Assembly: GCF_000143415.4 (NCBI RefSeq)
Contig: NW_003314303.1
Coordinates: 310,460-374,459, forward strand
Length of the DNA stretch: 64,000 nt
From: Selaginella moellendorffii
Taxonomy: Eukaryota; Plantae; Lycopodiophyta
Direction of reading: 5' to 3'
Of the stretch, positions 24,848 through 37,585 are shown in pieces. The position numbers and the translations under genes were made by a program. Positions within the stretch are counted from its first letter, which is position 1, and every line of letters begins with the position of its first letter. The notes beneath the pieces were generated by a model. The model was not told the origin of the DNA, ran no database searches, and worked only from the letters and a program-made list of their open reading frames with translations.

Positions 24848-25289
24848 GATGGCATGTATTTATTTAAAAATGTAACTTATTATGGCATGGGGTTCCATGC
24901 CATTGTATTAATATTAAAAGACAATTCTTTGAGAGGATTTGCATTATACTAGAAGTGTTACAGCATGTTATTGGAAGTCTACGAAGTTGTTTTATTAATA
25001 AGGGGAAAGTAAAGATTGAATGGGGACTTGGGCTCCACCTAGACTCGGAGCAACTGAGCCAATATTAAAAGGATGGAAAGAAATTGGACGATGATGACAA
25101 GGAGAAGAGAGAGGTGAAGCAGTGGCAGGGGGAGGAGAAGTGATTGAGTAGACATTTCCTTGTTTAAAATAAAATGGCATGTGCCTCAATGCAGTTGAAT
25201 TTTGTTATATTTATATACTATATAAAGGTTTGGAAACCTTATTTTACAAGTGGGATAATGACAATTCCCACTTTAACGAAATAGAGCTT

Positions 25290-25418
25290 CTATGAATAAA
25301 AGTGCACCCCTTTTTTTAATCAATTAAGAATTTTGGGATACTTAGGGTTAAGTGTCCTTGGGTTTGAATACTACTACCTTGAGTGACTTCCCAGGAAGTC
25401 TAAATTTAGAAGTTTACA
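25290..25418 (+). mobile_element. Partial Cassandra-like LTR with 5S rRNA box A-box C segment
   Basis: GTTAAGTGTCCTTGGG...GTGACTTCCCAGGAAGTC resembles plant 5S rRNA GTTAAGCGTGCTTGGG...GTGACCTCCTGGGAAGTC. Ends TTTACA. Confidence 0.75.
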
Positions 25419-25424
25419 TACGTA

Positions 25425-27330
25425 TTATGTTGGACAACTATGGGAGCTCATATATATAACCTAAGGTAATTTTTACATTATTTTTGGACAACTATAGGAG
25501 CTAACATATATGATGCAAGGTAAATTTTATTCTCATTATTTTAAAATGGTTGTAATATTTATGTTTTCACAGGCTATGTTGTACCTTGACAATTGCAACA
25601 ATAGAGCTTAAAGTACAAGACAAGATAGTCTAAGAATATTTTAAAAGTCTCTCTCTGATATTGTGCTAAAGCGGATTGGTAAGCCTGCAAACTTTTGCAA
25701 TTTTATAGCAAATGGGGCTAATGTAAATTGGAATGGTGTCCAAGCACTTTTTTCGAAATGGTCAACCATTGGAAAGTCATGAAAAGACTTATAAGTTCCA
25801 TTGGGCTCAAAGCCTAAACCAACATTGTCATCTTATCAAGCTAGAGTTTCAATCAGTGTTTAAGGAGTTCTGTAAATAATGGTAAGTTACATCCTCTAAA
25901 AAAGAGCATAAAGCAAAGGCAAATGAAATCTAGATGTGGTGGCATGAAGATGGCTATATAGACACAAGTTGCCTACTTCAATTTGACTCATGATTAGGGT
26001 GGTGGGAAGTTAGAATGTTTTAATGGGGACATTACTCTTTTTATGTTGATTTTTATTTTTTCTTCTCATTTTATTGCCTCTTAATATCACTTTTTTCATT
26101 AGGATCAACCACTTAAGGACCTTGCATACACCCCAACTATGAATCTCTCCAAAAGTAAGTAGTGGAGCTAATGTTCCTCTAAGGTAGGGAAAGGGAATAT
26201 AAGGCTATATGAAGTGTGTTTATTAAATTTGATATGTGTTGTAGAGTAGTTTTCAAAAGCATTAGCATTCAAAGAAGGAAGATACATAGGAACAAAGTGA
26301 TGTTATATAATAAGATGAAAAGAAAATTGACTCCACTAGCCCAAATGGTGGCAACTATAATTAAGGAAGTGGTCCATAACACATGTATGGAATACACTCT
26401 CCACTTCTATTAGTGATATAAAGATTGTTTGCTCAAAGTATTGTTTTTCCTTTGCTGGTGAAGATGTTAGCATGGACTTTGGATGGAAAAACTTTTACAA
26501 GCATGATGTTGAATAACATTCTGCTCCAAGACACTACTCCCAGATTAAGCCACCTCAAGTGACTAATAAAAAGAGTGAATCACAATAGGTTGAAATTATT
26601 TATTGTAACATAAAGCCGAAGCAATAGACAATCCACTAAGTGCTAGCAAAATCTAATATAAGGGTGTGTGGGAATGTTTCTAAGAGCAACATCTTGGGTC
26701 TAAATCCATGGTGACAAGTTTACTTCTTTTGTTCCAACCCTATATTTCTATGGGGAATGAAAGAAAGTAGAATATTTGAAATAGTGCTAGTTGTATTGTT
26801 GCAACACCTATACCAACTATACAAAGCAGCTTAGAGACATTATAGTGACTAAACCTTATATAGTACTTAAAGAATGGCTGATTGTTAATGGGGTTGCACT
26901 CACCTTGGATGATATTGAAAACCTTGAGAAATTTAGTTTTAATCTTGAGAGGAGAGTTAAAGACATGAGTGATAAAATTGGGATTGTTCCCACAAAGATG
27001 CATAAGAGGCCAACAATAAAACGTAAGATAGTTAAATTTATTAGTACCTTGTCTAAGCAGAAGTAAGGTAAAATAAATTTGGCTCAAATGTTTGAGTGTG
27101 ATATTCTTTCCACAAATTATATCAATGCACTTGCAAAAGAGTATATAGTCAAAATAGATGGTGAAGAGTACACAATTGTCATTCAGAACTTTCCTTCTTG
27201 CATATATTTAAACTTTACTAAGTGTGAGGAACAAAGGAACATATATGCTTCTTGCAAGCATATGTACTACATCTTTATCAACACATTACACCATGATTCT
27301 AAAGTCGACATTCATATAGACTAAGCAAGC
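25425..27330 (+). pseudogene. Decayed Mutator-like (MULE) transposase with C-terminal SWIM zinc finger
   Basis: WTTMGAHIY / TIATIEL / NFIANGANVNWNGVQ...EKTYKFHWAQSL resembles a MULE DDE core with its CxxH-like motif. YTIVIQNFPSC...SCKHMYYIF at 27160-27280 is SWIM-like. Many stops, and introns are present. Confidence 0.65.
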
Positions 27331-28531
27331 TTCTATTATTGAATTACAAAAAACTTTTGGAGCTAACTAGACTTGTCAAGACTATCAATGTTTATTCTTT
27401 ATCAATAATATAAATTTATTATACTTTATATATTTAATAAATGAATATTTTTTCATTTTACTTTTCATTTCATATACTTGTGAGTGTTCTTTTCGCAACA
27501 CTACCCATAGTACTCATGTATCTCCATTTGTGTCTTTACCATCTCAAAATATATTTCATAGTAAATTTTCGAGTGTTTGATGTTATAGTGTGTCCTGATA
27601 GCATATATACCATCATATTAATCACTGCCATTGTCTCCATTAGAACCTAGAAAACATATAAGGCATTTCTTGAAAGTCATAAAATTGTAGTTTTCTAAAA
27701 TAAGTAAGAGGGCATTCTTTTTCACCCAATTTGTTGCATCCTCTCTCATTACATTTATCTCCAACTCATAATCATTATCTTCACTATCCTCTCTTTTTTT
27801 TTTATGTGATTTAGTTATATTGTGCCATAGGACAACTATTGTAGCTCCTAACCATTAACTTACTACCCTGGGAAGAAAGATTGCATAAGTTGAACTTACT
27901 AACACTAGATTTCACAAATTTGTGTGTATTTCCCTCTCTTCAAATGAAAGTGCAAGTGAAAATCCATAAATTCTAGATACTATACTATAATAAACCCTTC
28001 AAGAATGTATTTTAGAGAAGAATTAAGTCTTTTTTTTATATGCAATAAGCTTATATAAATGGTTGTTTTTTTTTTCTTTCAAACAACTATATAGCCTTTC
28101 ACAAAATCTTACTTTAAATTTAATAATTTTAAATTCTAACAAACCTAACATTTACTAGCTAGAGTACAAATTTAAAGAAGTAATAAGAATACTTTTTCTG
28201 CAAATATCTCATTTTACATTCTAACAAATATCCCTATTCTAGCATATAGTAAATATTTGAATTGTTAGAACAAGAAGTGTCCTCTAGAACATTTTTATCT
28301 ATCTAATGTGTAGAGAGTTGTAAAATTATTAAGTTTACCATAACTTTAATATTTTAAAGTTTATAATGTTTGTATTAAACTATACTTGAAACTTGAGTTT
28401 AACTCGTGAGCTCAACTCTTCAACTCATGAGCTCAAGAATGGTTTGTGCTCTATTGAAGTTAGCCATGTAGCCTAAGGCTATCAATAATATGGTTAATTT
28501 CCAAGAAATTAGAGTTATGAAGGATATATTG

Positions 28532-28725
28532 TGTAAGCAACCTGGAAAAAGAGGTGCACTCTTTTTCATAAACCCTTTCCCTTTATATTTGAACCTTTAT
28601 AGATTGTTTTTTAAGTCATTTTCTTTATCAGTTAAAAGTCTTGGGATACTTAAGATTAAGCATCCTTGGGTTTGAATAATACTGGGTTGGGTGATTTCCG
28701 GGAAATCTAAATTCATGAACCTACA
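28532..28725 (+). mobile_element. Cassandra-like short LTR with 5S-derived segment
   Basis: TGTAAGCAACC...CCTACA. Internal TTAAGCATCCTTGGG...TACTGGGTTGGGTGATTTCCGGGAAATC. Confidence 0.8.
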
Positions 28726-28994
28726 TTTGGTATTAGAGGGGTCTCAAGTCCAACTTTTTTAATTGGCTTAGAAGAATCGCACCATATGTTGATTAATATT
28801 TGGCATCAAAGGGGTCTCAGGTCCAACTTTGTTGGTTGGCTTAGGGGAATTGCACTATATATTTGGTAGGTCTAGTTTGCTTTAGCTAGGCTCGACCCGA
28901 GAGGTAGGGTGTCAAGAGAGCAGGGCTTTTGAGGGAGTTATGGCTTTCAGCTTCTATTTACGAGGGTGTGAACTTGCAAAGAAATGTGATGGAT

Positions 28995-29400
28995 TGTAAG
29001 CAACCAAAGGGAACAACTTGAAAAATGATCTATAGGGGTTCAAATATAATGGAAAAAAGCCTATGAACAAAAGTGCACCTTTTTTTCCAATTGGTTAACA
29101 ATCTTGGGATACTTGGGCTTAAACGTCCTTGAATATTACTGGGCTAAATAACCTCCCAAAAAGTCTAAATTCATAAGCTTACATAATGTTAATATACTAA
29201 AAATTTATAAACAACCAAAGAGAACAATTTGAAAGGTGATCAATAAGGGTTTAAATATAGAGGGAAAAGGCCTATGAATAAGAGTGCACCCCCTTTTTCA
29301 ATTGGTTAAGGATCTTGGGATATTTGGGGTTAAGTGTCTTTGGGTTTAAATACTACTGGGTTGGGTGACCTCCAGGGAAATCCAAACTCAGGAGTTTACA
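28995..29400 (+). mobile_element. Two adjacent Cassandra-like LTRs (28995-29183 and 29206-29400)
   Basis: TGTAAGCAACC...GCTTACA, a 22-bp spacer, then a second copy containing GGGTGACCTCCAGGGAAATCC. Confidence 0.8.
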
Positions 29401-30983
29401 AGCTTATAGTGGCAAATGATCTTGATCTTATAAAACACATGTATGTTGGCTTAAGCATAAAGTGCTTGGAAAATATAGAGTATCAACATAGGAAGATGAG
29501 GATTTGTTGGAAATCTTAGGAGACCATGCAAAATTCAAATGGCTTGGTGGGGAGTAATTCCTTTGACGTGTCCTTAATGTCAATTCCATGCCATATTGGC
29601 AAGAATGAGACATGTTTGTAGGCTCTAGCATTGTTTGTAGGCTCTAGCATTGCAATATAGACAAGTTCAACAAGTTGCACAAACTACATGAGAATGCAAA
29701 CACTTTATATTACTAGCTCTCAAGGTTTATAATAGAGAATGCAATGCTTCCATCATATAAGAATGCACGAAGGAAATTAAAATTAACAAATCTATTGGTG
29801 ATTTATGCAAATAAAAAATCTAAGTTTCACATGGTTTGGATAGCTCCCCAAAACATGCTTAGCTTCAAGCTAAAGTTGCGAAGTCCAAACTCAAAGGTAG
29901 TGTATGCTAATGAGTTTCATGGAGCCTTAGTTTAGAGGAATGTAAATGTTTTAAAAATTTACATTTAATGATGGACATTTGCAATCATATAGCTTGTTTT
30001 ATTACTAGGATGGAGGTTTGTGTTAGCATCTATATATGTCAAGGCAGAGCACAACAATACACTAAAAAGACAAAGACTTGATAAACAAGTCTTAATAAAT
30101 TTGCATTGCAGTGACTATTTTCAAGTTGGTTTATAAATTATGTTTATTTGTTGGCTTTTATTCTAAGCTTTTGAATGCAATGCAATGGTCTCCCAACCGT
30201 GCACAATTGCCACACTTGCTATTGAAACAAACAAGATCCTTATTCCAAATGATAGATGACTCTTTAATAGTGGTGTGTTTGAGATGGATTTTAAGTCTTG
30301 TGCCTTTGGGATATGAGATGCTACCAACCTATTGTGTGGGGTAGTCCACGAGTTGGAGGAGGATGCCCACCAAAAGGCCATCAATAGCATTTTGGAAAAC
30401 TTAGCAATCACACACCTCAATCTTCATGAATTCAAGGTTGGTGAATATCATGGTGGGCTACCTAGAAAAGGTGGACTCTTGCATATGGGCAGTGGTGTGG
30501 AGAACACTATTCTATGAACTAAGACAAATTGGAGAAATGGTGTGCACTTCATCATTATAGAGCCATGAAGAAAGCTACACTATAGTGGGCAATTGATAGG
30601 GGCTCTTACAAATATAGGGATGGACACCTTGTTATAATTGTTTCAAGTATGGAATATCATCCTACCAAAGGGAATTCTTCAAGTGCTTGAGGTTTGATAG
30701 TAGTGTGAGCAAGCAATATTGATCTTGGCTCAAGGAACTAATTGAAGGTATATTTTCTTTATGTTCTTCTTTCAGATTTCTAGCATGACTTTCTATGCTT
30801 AATCAATCCCCCACTACCATTTTCTTTATCAAACACTTGTTTAGAAAATAGTAATCCTTGTTTGCCTTACTAGGAGGTGTGGTAATATGGCCATTCTCTT
30901 ATGTCATACTGAAAGTATAAACAAAAGAGTGAGATGAAAATGGTGCACTATAAGAGGAGTTATATAAAGCCAATAAAGCCATA

Positions 30984-31387
30984 TATAAACAACTAAAAAG
31001 AATGACTCCTAAGATGATCTATAAGAGTTTAAATATAAAAGAAATAGGAGGTTTATGGTTACTTGGGATACTTAGGGTTAAATGTCCTTGGGTTAGTATT
31101 AGGGTGGATGACCTTCCGAGAAGTTCAAATTTAGAAGCTTACACCATGTGCATTCTTAAGGAAGCTCTAAAAACACTTTAAAACCCACTTATCTATTGGG
31201 ATAATTGACTCCATAAATTATCCATAAGGGTTCAAATATAAAAAGAAAAATCATATGAACAAGAGTGCACCTTCTTTTTTCATTTGGTTAAAGGTCTTTT
31301 AATACTTAGGATTAAGCATCCTTTGGTTGAATTTGAATAGTACTGGGCTATATGACCTCCCATGAAGTTTAAATTTAGAAGTTTATA
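30984..31387 (+). mobile_element. Cassandra-like solo LTR (30984-31143) plus a tandemly duplicated partial copy
   Basis: Flanks CCATA and CCATG look like a TSD with one transition. The second copy is followed by the same downstream flank. Confidence 0.75.
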
Positions 31388-31439
31388 CCATGGGCATTCT
31401 TAGATTAGCTCTAAAAGCACTTTAAAACCCACCCTCTAT

Positions 31440-34400
31440 AGAAAGATGAAGGTTATCTTCGAACGTCTCTAACTCTAGCTCTCAAAGCCTCTATCACAAA
31501 CTCAAGCTCTTTTCAATTGCCCTAAATACCCTCTTAGATAGAGGAATATTTTAGGAATCAAAATATTCAAAAGAATCTATGACCAAGTTGTAGAAGTTAT
31601 ATTGAAGTGCTACACTAAATATCCAAAAGAGAACAATGCGAAATAGAGAAGAAAACCAAAGAGAAAACAAGAGAAAAAGTGAAAGGTGAAGGAAGTAGTG
31701 TAAAATTTGGGACTAAAAGGAAAACCCAAAATAAAAAAGATAGAGAAGAAACAAAAGAGAAAAACAAAGAGGTGCAAAAAAAAAAAAAAGGATAGTAAGA
31801 ATTGAACTTGAATCATAACCACAAGGCCCTTAAATTTGTGCAAAGTTCCTTTAACAAACTCTCAGGTTGCCCTGAAAAGTTTTGGGATAGGTAGTTGTGA
31901 TGGATGCATTGCCCAGTGGTGGTAAATGCAAAGGTGAGTGAAGATGGTGAAAGTATGAAGGGATGAGTGAGGCCAAGAGTGTGGGGATGAATGGTTGTGA
32001 TAGTGAAGAGGGAAAGTTGATAGCAACAGCCTGAAACTAGAAGTCGCAGCTACTGTAGATGGTGCAAAGTGCTGGAAACGGTGTTTATTTAGTGGTGGCA
32101 TTTATTCATGGATGCTTGGAGCTTGAGAAAAAGTGTTGGCAGCCAACAACTTGCTCAAGAAAGTGGCTTGAGTGCTCTTTATGTGTTAGATGATTTTGGC
32201 TCAAAGAAAAACTACTCCAAATATGCTAGTAGGTCACAATGATGTAAAGTCGCAGCTATAACTTGTAATGGTATGTTGGACCTGGATAATTTTTACTACT
32301 ATCAAAAGGTATTTGTAGCTATAGTGGAGTGATGTAAATGCATGTTGAGTACCATGGATAGAAAGTGGATGAAATTGGCAAGATCCTAATACAAGTATCA
32401 ATCATGAAGAATAAGCAACAATGTGTAGAGAGTGATGTGTGATCTTGGAGTGTGATTTTGCGGTGATGAAGGTGATGAATGGTGGGATGAAGTAAAGGTG
32501 ATGGATCCCAAAAATAGTTGAGAACTCACTAAAAACCTATAAAAACTCACACATGAAAGGAGTTCATGCAACCTTGTGGCTGAAATCAAAGTTGGAACCC
32601 ATGGTCCAAGGTAGTAAAGCTTGAAGATAGAAGAGAAGAGGTGAAAGAAGATGGGGAAAAAGAAAAAGAAAGAGAAAGAAGTCAACACATGAATGCTTTA
32701 AGGTAGCAATAATTGTGAGTATGTGGAAGCTCATGGCTAATTTCATCAGCGTGCACATAGGACCCACCTTCCACTTGGCACTAGATAAAGTAGGGGCCAA
32801 GCCACTATGGAGAGAACTTGGAAGAAGGAGTGAATTCTTTGAGAAAAACAAATTGTCTAGGAGAAAAGAGGATTGAATTGGGAACTTTGGAGTCAATGGC
32901 TACCTTAATCTTGTTCTTTGTAGCAAGAAGCTGCTCAGCTAAAGCCTTGCACTTCTCATTAAGGGCAAGGATCTCCATGTCATGAGTATGAAGCTTGTCC
33001 ATGTTAGAAAGCTGGAAGTCGGCAGCATGGCACAAAGAGACTGCAAGTGATGATAGTTGGAAATCTGTGAAAGTAAGAGTAGTTTGGTCCTCAAATAAAG
33101 AGGCCTGACTAACCACGTGGTCACTTACCACTTGATCCTCAAATAAAGAGGTTGGGCTGCTCTTGCTCACAATCATCATTCCTTCTTCAAAGGTTTTTGA
33201 CACCATAGGATGTATATACTTTGCTAGAGTCCCATACTAAAGGCTCTGAGACCAAGTTACAACTAAGGGGAGATCCTCCACATAAGGTCCACACTCTAAA
33301 AAAATGATATCATCGAAACAGCCTCCACTCAGAAGATTGGTGACTCTTAAAGCTGGCCATCACTTTGATCAAACTAAGTGCTTGGGAGCCTCTATAATGA
33401 TTGTGTTGCATTGGAACACATTGAACTCGGGCTGTGATGGATCTTCAATCAACTTGGGGAAGACAACCGTCAGTGAGTGGGGAAAACGTGTTGAGGAAGA
33501 GAATACTGGCTCGGAGCATATCAACTGGCTCTAAGACAGTCGCTTTCCCAACAGAGAGTGTCCGTGAGCATTGTAGAGATAAAAAGTTTGGTGACTATCG
33601 CTAATTTCCATTGTGCCGAATGACTAGTTTGTGGTGCCTCAAACCTGATCATGCCAAACTCGTCCAAGGATTAGGGAGTCCTTCAAAGGTTTGGAGCTAA
33701 ACTTCTAGTAGTCCACCACCACAAAGTCCAAAAAAGATTCCACCCCATTGACATAAACTCAAACACTGCGGCAAATGCCTGCAAGGATAATAGTGTGGTT
33801 CTCAAATGTCTTCAAGATCAGAGTTATGCTTCTAGAGACCTACTCTTGCGGATGCATCCAAAGAGATCACATTGCTCCTAGATTTGGAATCAACGAGAGC
33901 ATTGATGACAAAAGAACCAATGCCAAAGTCTACAGGTGCAAAAAGCAATTGAAGAGGAGGCTGTGTCAATAATATGCATGTTTTACAGGAGAGAGGCTGT
34001 GGTTCCAATAGACCTCACAAAATCCTCAAAACACTATTCAAAGCTAGGAATTATGCATAAAATCTCGCACAGTGAGATGTCTCCATCAACTATTGACACT
34101 CTCAAAGACAGCTATGAAAGCCTCTTTAATATGTCTAGAAGTGGCCTCTTAAGCATTTTTGTGTTAGAGGTTCCTCTAAGAGTCTAGAGATGAATGCCAT
34201 GATACCATAGGGCTTGATGGTGATCACTTGCCGCTCTCTATCACAAACTTAAGCTCTTTTCAATTGCCTTAAATGCCTTTTTTGCTGTAGTGCACCTTAT
34301 TTTTCTCCCTTTAAGCTAATTGAAAAGGGGGGAATTGCTTGATGAGAGAGCCTTTAGTGGCTATTTTATCCCCATTTATCCCCTAAAGTTCTAAGGATCT

Positions 34401-35000
34401 ACGGTGACACTATATCCAAATCTCATCCCATGATCACATGCATTACACTCACTCCCCCTTCAGATATGTTAATGTTTTCATTGAAAATTAATTAACAACC
34501 TCTACTAAGCTAAGAGGAACTAACACTTCCATTTCCACACTGAATCTACTAATCCTTCCATTATGTAAACTAACTATTCCATGTGAAACAACTAGTCATT
34601 CACCCGTACCGCAGTTCTATGGTGGATGCTTTTGTCCATTGATGCTCCACCAAGAGAAAGGTATGCATGGATGCCCAATATATATGATTTCAAATTTAGG
34701 GGTAGGAATATAGCTTGCTCAAGGGTATATTATATTTATAAATAGCCACTAATCAATGGGAATCGAACTCGTGCCATTTGTTCCAATACCACATTATGAG
34801 ATGAGATTTGAATATACTATCACTGTAAATCTTTGGAATCTTGGGGGATAAAATAACCATTAAGAACTCTTTTATCAAGTAATTGTCCTTTTTCCAGTTA
34901 GTTTAATGGGAGAAAAATAAAGTGTGCTACACTTGCCCTCACTCACTCACAAGGCCTTTATACAAAGATAGGGGAATATTTTGGGAATTAGAATATTTTT
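31440..35000 (-). mobile_element. Decayed, internally deleted Ty3/gypsy element related to 13700-16480
   Basis: ORF 32805-33206 has DKLHTHDMEILAL...FVFLKEFTPSSKFSP, matching the integrase tail at 15940-16130. Protease-like remnants at ~33730-33920. Direct repeats TATCACAAACTYAAGCTCTTTTCAATTGCC at ~31492 and ~34239. Confidence 0.65.
34286..34931 (-). mobile_element. Family-B TRIM with its second LTR inverted
   Basis: LTR 34286-34447, PPT complement 34448-34461, PBS complement 34779-34791, inverted LTR 34796-34931. Flanks are TTTGC and CTTGC. Confidence 0.75.
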
Positions 35001-35757
35001 AGTGCTTTAAGCTATGCTCTGCATCCTAACACCTCCATTGTGCCACACTAGATGGGACACTAGAAATTTATAGATTACAGAACTAATATGAACTTTAATA
35101 AGAGAAAATTATTACTTTTACAAAGTTATCTTTTGGCTTCTTTTTCTCTACATATCTATAATATAGAGATTGCCTAGCTCACAATGCTCAAAAAAGTCTA
35201 GATCTAAGGGCATGGGGTATTCTTCCTTCTTGTTCCAAATCCCAAGACAAATCTTCTTATCCCCACTAGTCAATTTGAGATTTAGAAGGTTTGAAGGAAC
35301 CTTAAACATCCCTTTGTTTGGTTCTGAAAAAGTCTTACATAGAAATAACATAGAGTGTAAGAGAAATGAACTTTATACTAGAACTCAAATCTTGCCCACC
35401 TTTTGAACTTGGATTATATCCATTTGAACTAAAATACAACTTCCATCATAATGCGATAAATAGAGCAAAGGATTTTCATGAGAGCTTATCTAAAGGATCA
35501 CTTGGCCATGATATAATACCCATAGACCTGGCACCAGCCCCCTTTCAAGAAAATAGGCAAAGCCAATCACATCAGCTGACACATGGCAGGATCTTACAGC
35601 TAGAATGGCTTGGATGAATGGGATCATGATCCATGCATGGCTCCATTAGTGCATTAATCATGATTGATATGGATATTAGATACCAGGTATATACTATTCC
35701 ATGTGAGGAAGAATATACCTAAAAGTATTCCAAGAGTGGTGGGAATATTTTACAAAA

Positions 35758-35785
35758 CTAGCTGGGATCCCAGCTCTGCTGGGGG
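35758..35785 (-). mobile_element. Helitron 3' terminus (hairpin plus CTAG|T)
   Basis: Minus strand reads CCCAGC-AGA-GCTGGG, then 7 nt, then CTAG followed by T. Confidence 0.65.
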
Positions 35786-36999
35786 AGATAGTACACCAAA
35801 GTATAATAGATTACTTAAGCTACAATTTTTATCAGATTCATGAACAAATTTGTGGGGACACTGAATGGCATTAGAGAGAATATATGTTGGATTTAAGAAA
35901 TGCTTAATAGTTCATAGCAACAAACTGTTATGGATAAAAAATGAAACATTAATTATAAACACAATAATGGATTCATTCTTTAAAAGCAAGTTATATGGTG
36001 AATATGAACTATTATATTACAGCAAAGAATAGTCATATGGGAAAGAATAAGTTTCTATTATTGGTTGGTTAGTTGTGCAACTTTGGTTGTGTATGTATGT
36101 TGGACTTATATATATTAAAAGGTACTTTGTGGCCAAACTAGAAATAACATTTTGTAATAAGAAATTGAGAAAACTATCAATGTCTTAATTTACTATTTAC
36201 TTCTAAGGTTGTCTTGAGCATACACACACACACACACACACTTTTTCTCTAACAATGGCAGAAAGAAATTTATATATACTTGAGCTAGAAAGTAATCAGT
36301 GTAAAAGTGGAATTCTCTCCCTACTTGAGTAGTTTAAATAAACACTAAGCCTATTTTCATTAATAAAAAAAAAAAGATATCAGAAATGCTTTTGAGAACC
36401 ATATGTTTCCCTTTGGATTAGCCATTAGGTTACAGCTGTATAAAAAGCTTTTCTTTTAGAGCATATGTTTGCAATGATTAACATAGCTATTATGGAAAGA
36501 TAATGCAATGAGGGATTTTAATGGCATGGAGTGTCTCATTTCCAAGCTACATCAAGAGCATTTAACTTCATGAATTTTGGGAGTTGTTGTGTTAATCACA
36601 GATTTAATGCCTTTAAATAAAATTAATATTAGCATAGAAAAAGTTTTTATTTAGGGTTTACTTATTTATCTTTATCCTCCAAACAGTCTCAAAAAAATTA
36701 ACATAAAAAGATTGAAGATATTTTATTAAAGGTTGAGATTGACATCTTTTAGAAGTGCTTTGATTAATTGATAAATAAAGCTCTATTCTTTTCTTAATAA
36801 ATTTATAAGATTTAGAAATATTTACAAAGGATTATTGCTGTTTTATGGCTATGATGTTGTTTACTATTATTAGCATAGTAACTATTAAATTCCAGACCAC
36901 GCACTCCTATATATAAGCCATGGTTTTTGGGCTAATTGAATACACTTCTATATTCCATGCACCCACATTAGTGGAGATGATGAGCAATTTTGGTTTGGG

Positions 37000-37585
37000 T
37001 GGGAGGGGGGCGGGGAGGCTCTGGGGTCTGTCTTTGTTATGCATCCGGCTTGGGTCGAAGCCAAAGTTACATACGATGCTAGTTGGTAGAGTACCTATAT
37101 CCTTAGGTTAGGCCACCGATATGCTGAAATAACGCCAAATTCCATTTAGCTTCGTTTTACATGTTGGTTCTAGCATTATGATGTTGGATACTCTAGGATC
37201 GTTCCAAGTCACTCCATGCTCCTACCCTTTGCTCCTTGGGCTGTATGCTCAAGGGTCACTCCGTGCTCCTGTCCCTTTGCTCCTTGGGCTGTATGCTCAA
37301 GAGTCACTCCGTGCTCCTGTCTCTTCGCTCCTTGGGCTGTATGCTCAAGAGTCACTCCATGCTTCTGTCTCTTCGCTCCTTGGCTCCATGCTTAGGAGTT
37401 TAGCTCTGTTCTTTCATTCATTGGCCCAAGACCCTGAAACTTGGGTTCCGCACCATTGTCCTTTGAACATGTGGCATATGGCACATGGCAGGTGACACGT
37501 GGCATATGAAGAGTTTAGGTTTTACTTCGTGGTTATCCTATAGTAAATCACCATAGGATAAAGGGTGAAAACTATATGTACTACA
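37000..37585 (+). mobile_element. Partial family-A LTR with an expanded 48-bp tandem repeat (37208-37385)
   Basis: Aligns with 5050-5521 and ends ...ACTACA. Repeat units start at 37208, 37255, 37303 and 37351. Confidence 0.8.

Larger units (their letters stand above)
16530..25195 (+). mobile_element. Putative large transposon-like block defined by a dispersed 22-bp palindrome and one large cargo gene; ends not resolved
   Basis: The motif ATGGCRTGWGGCCWCAYGCCAT is confined to this interval. Composition is CpG-rich against decayed flanks, and the block lies between retroelement and MULE remnants. Confidence 0.6.

Noticed and set aside
16530-24903. Palindromic repeats read as a CRISPR array
   Set aside because: Spacing is irregular (14 bp to over 1 kb), there are no cas genes, and the context is eukaryotic with introns.
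29400-30900. Possible decayed coding sequence between Cassandra-like LTRs
   Set aside because: Too degenerate to assign by eye.
25290-31387. 5S rRNA genes
   Set aside because: Only the internal box A-C part is similar, it is diverged, and it is embedded in TG...CA LTR units.
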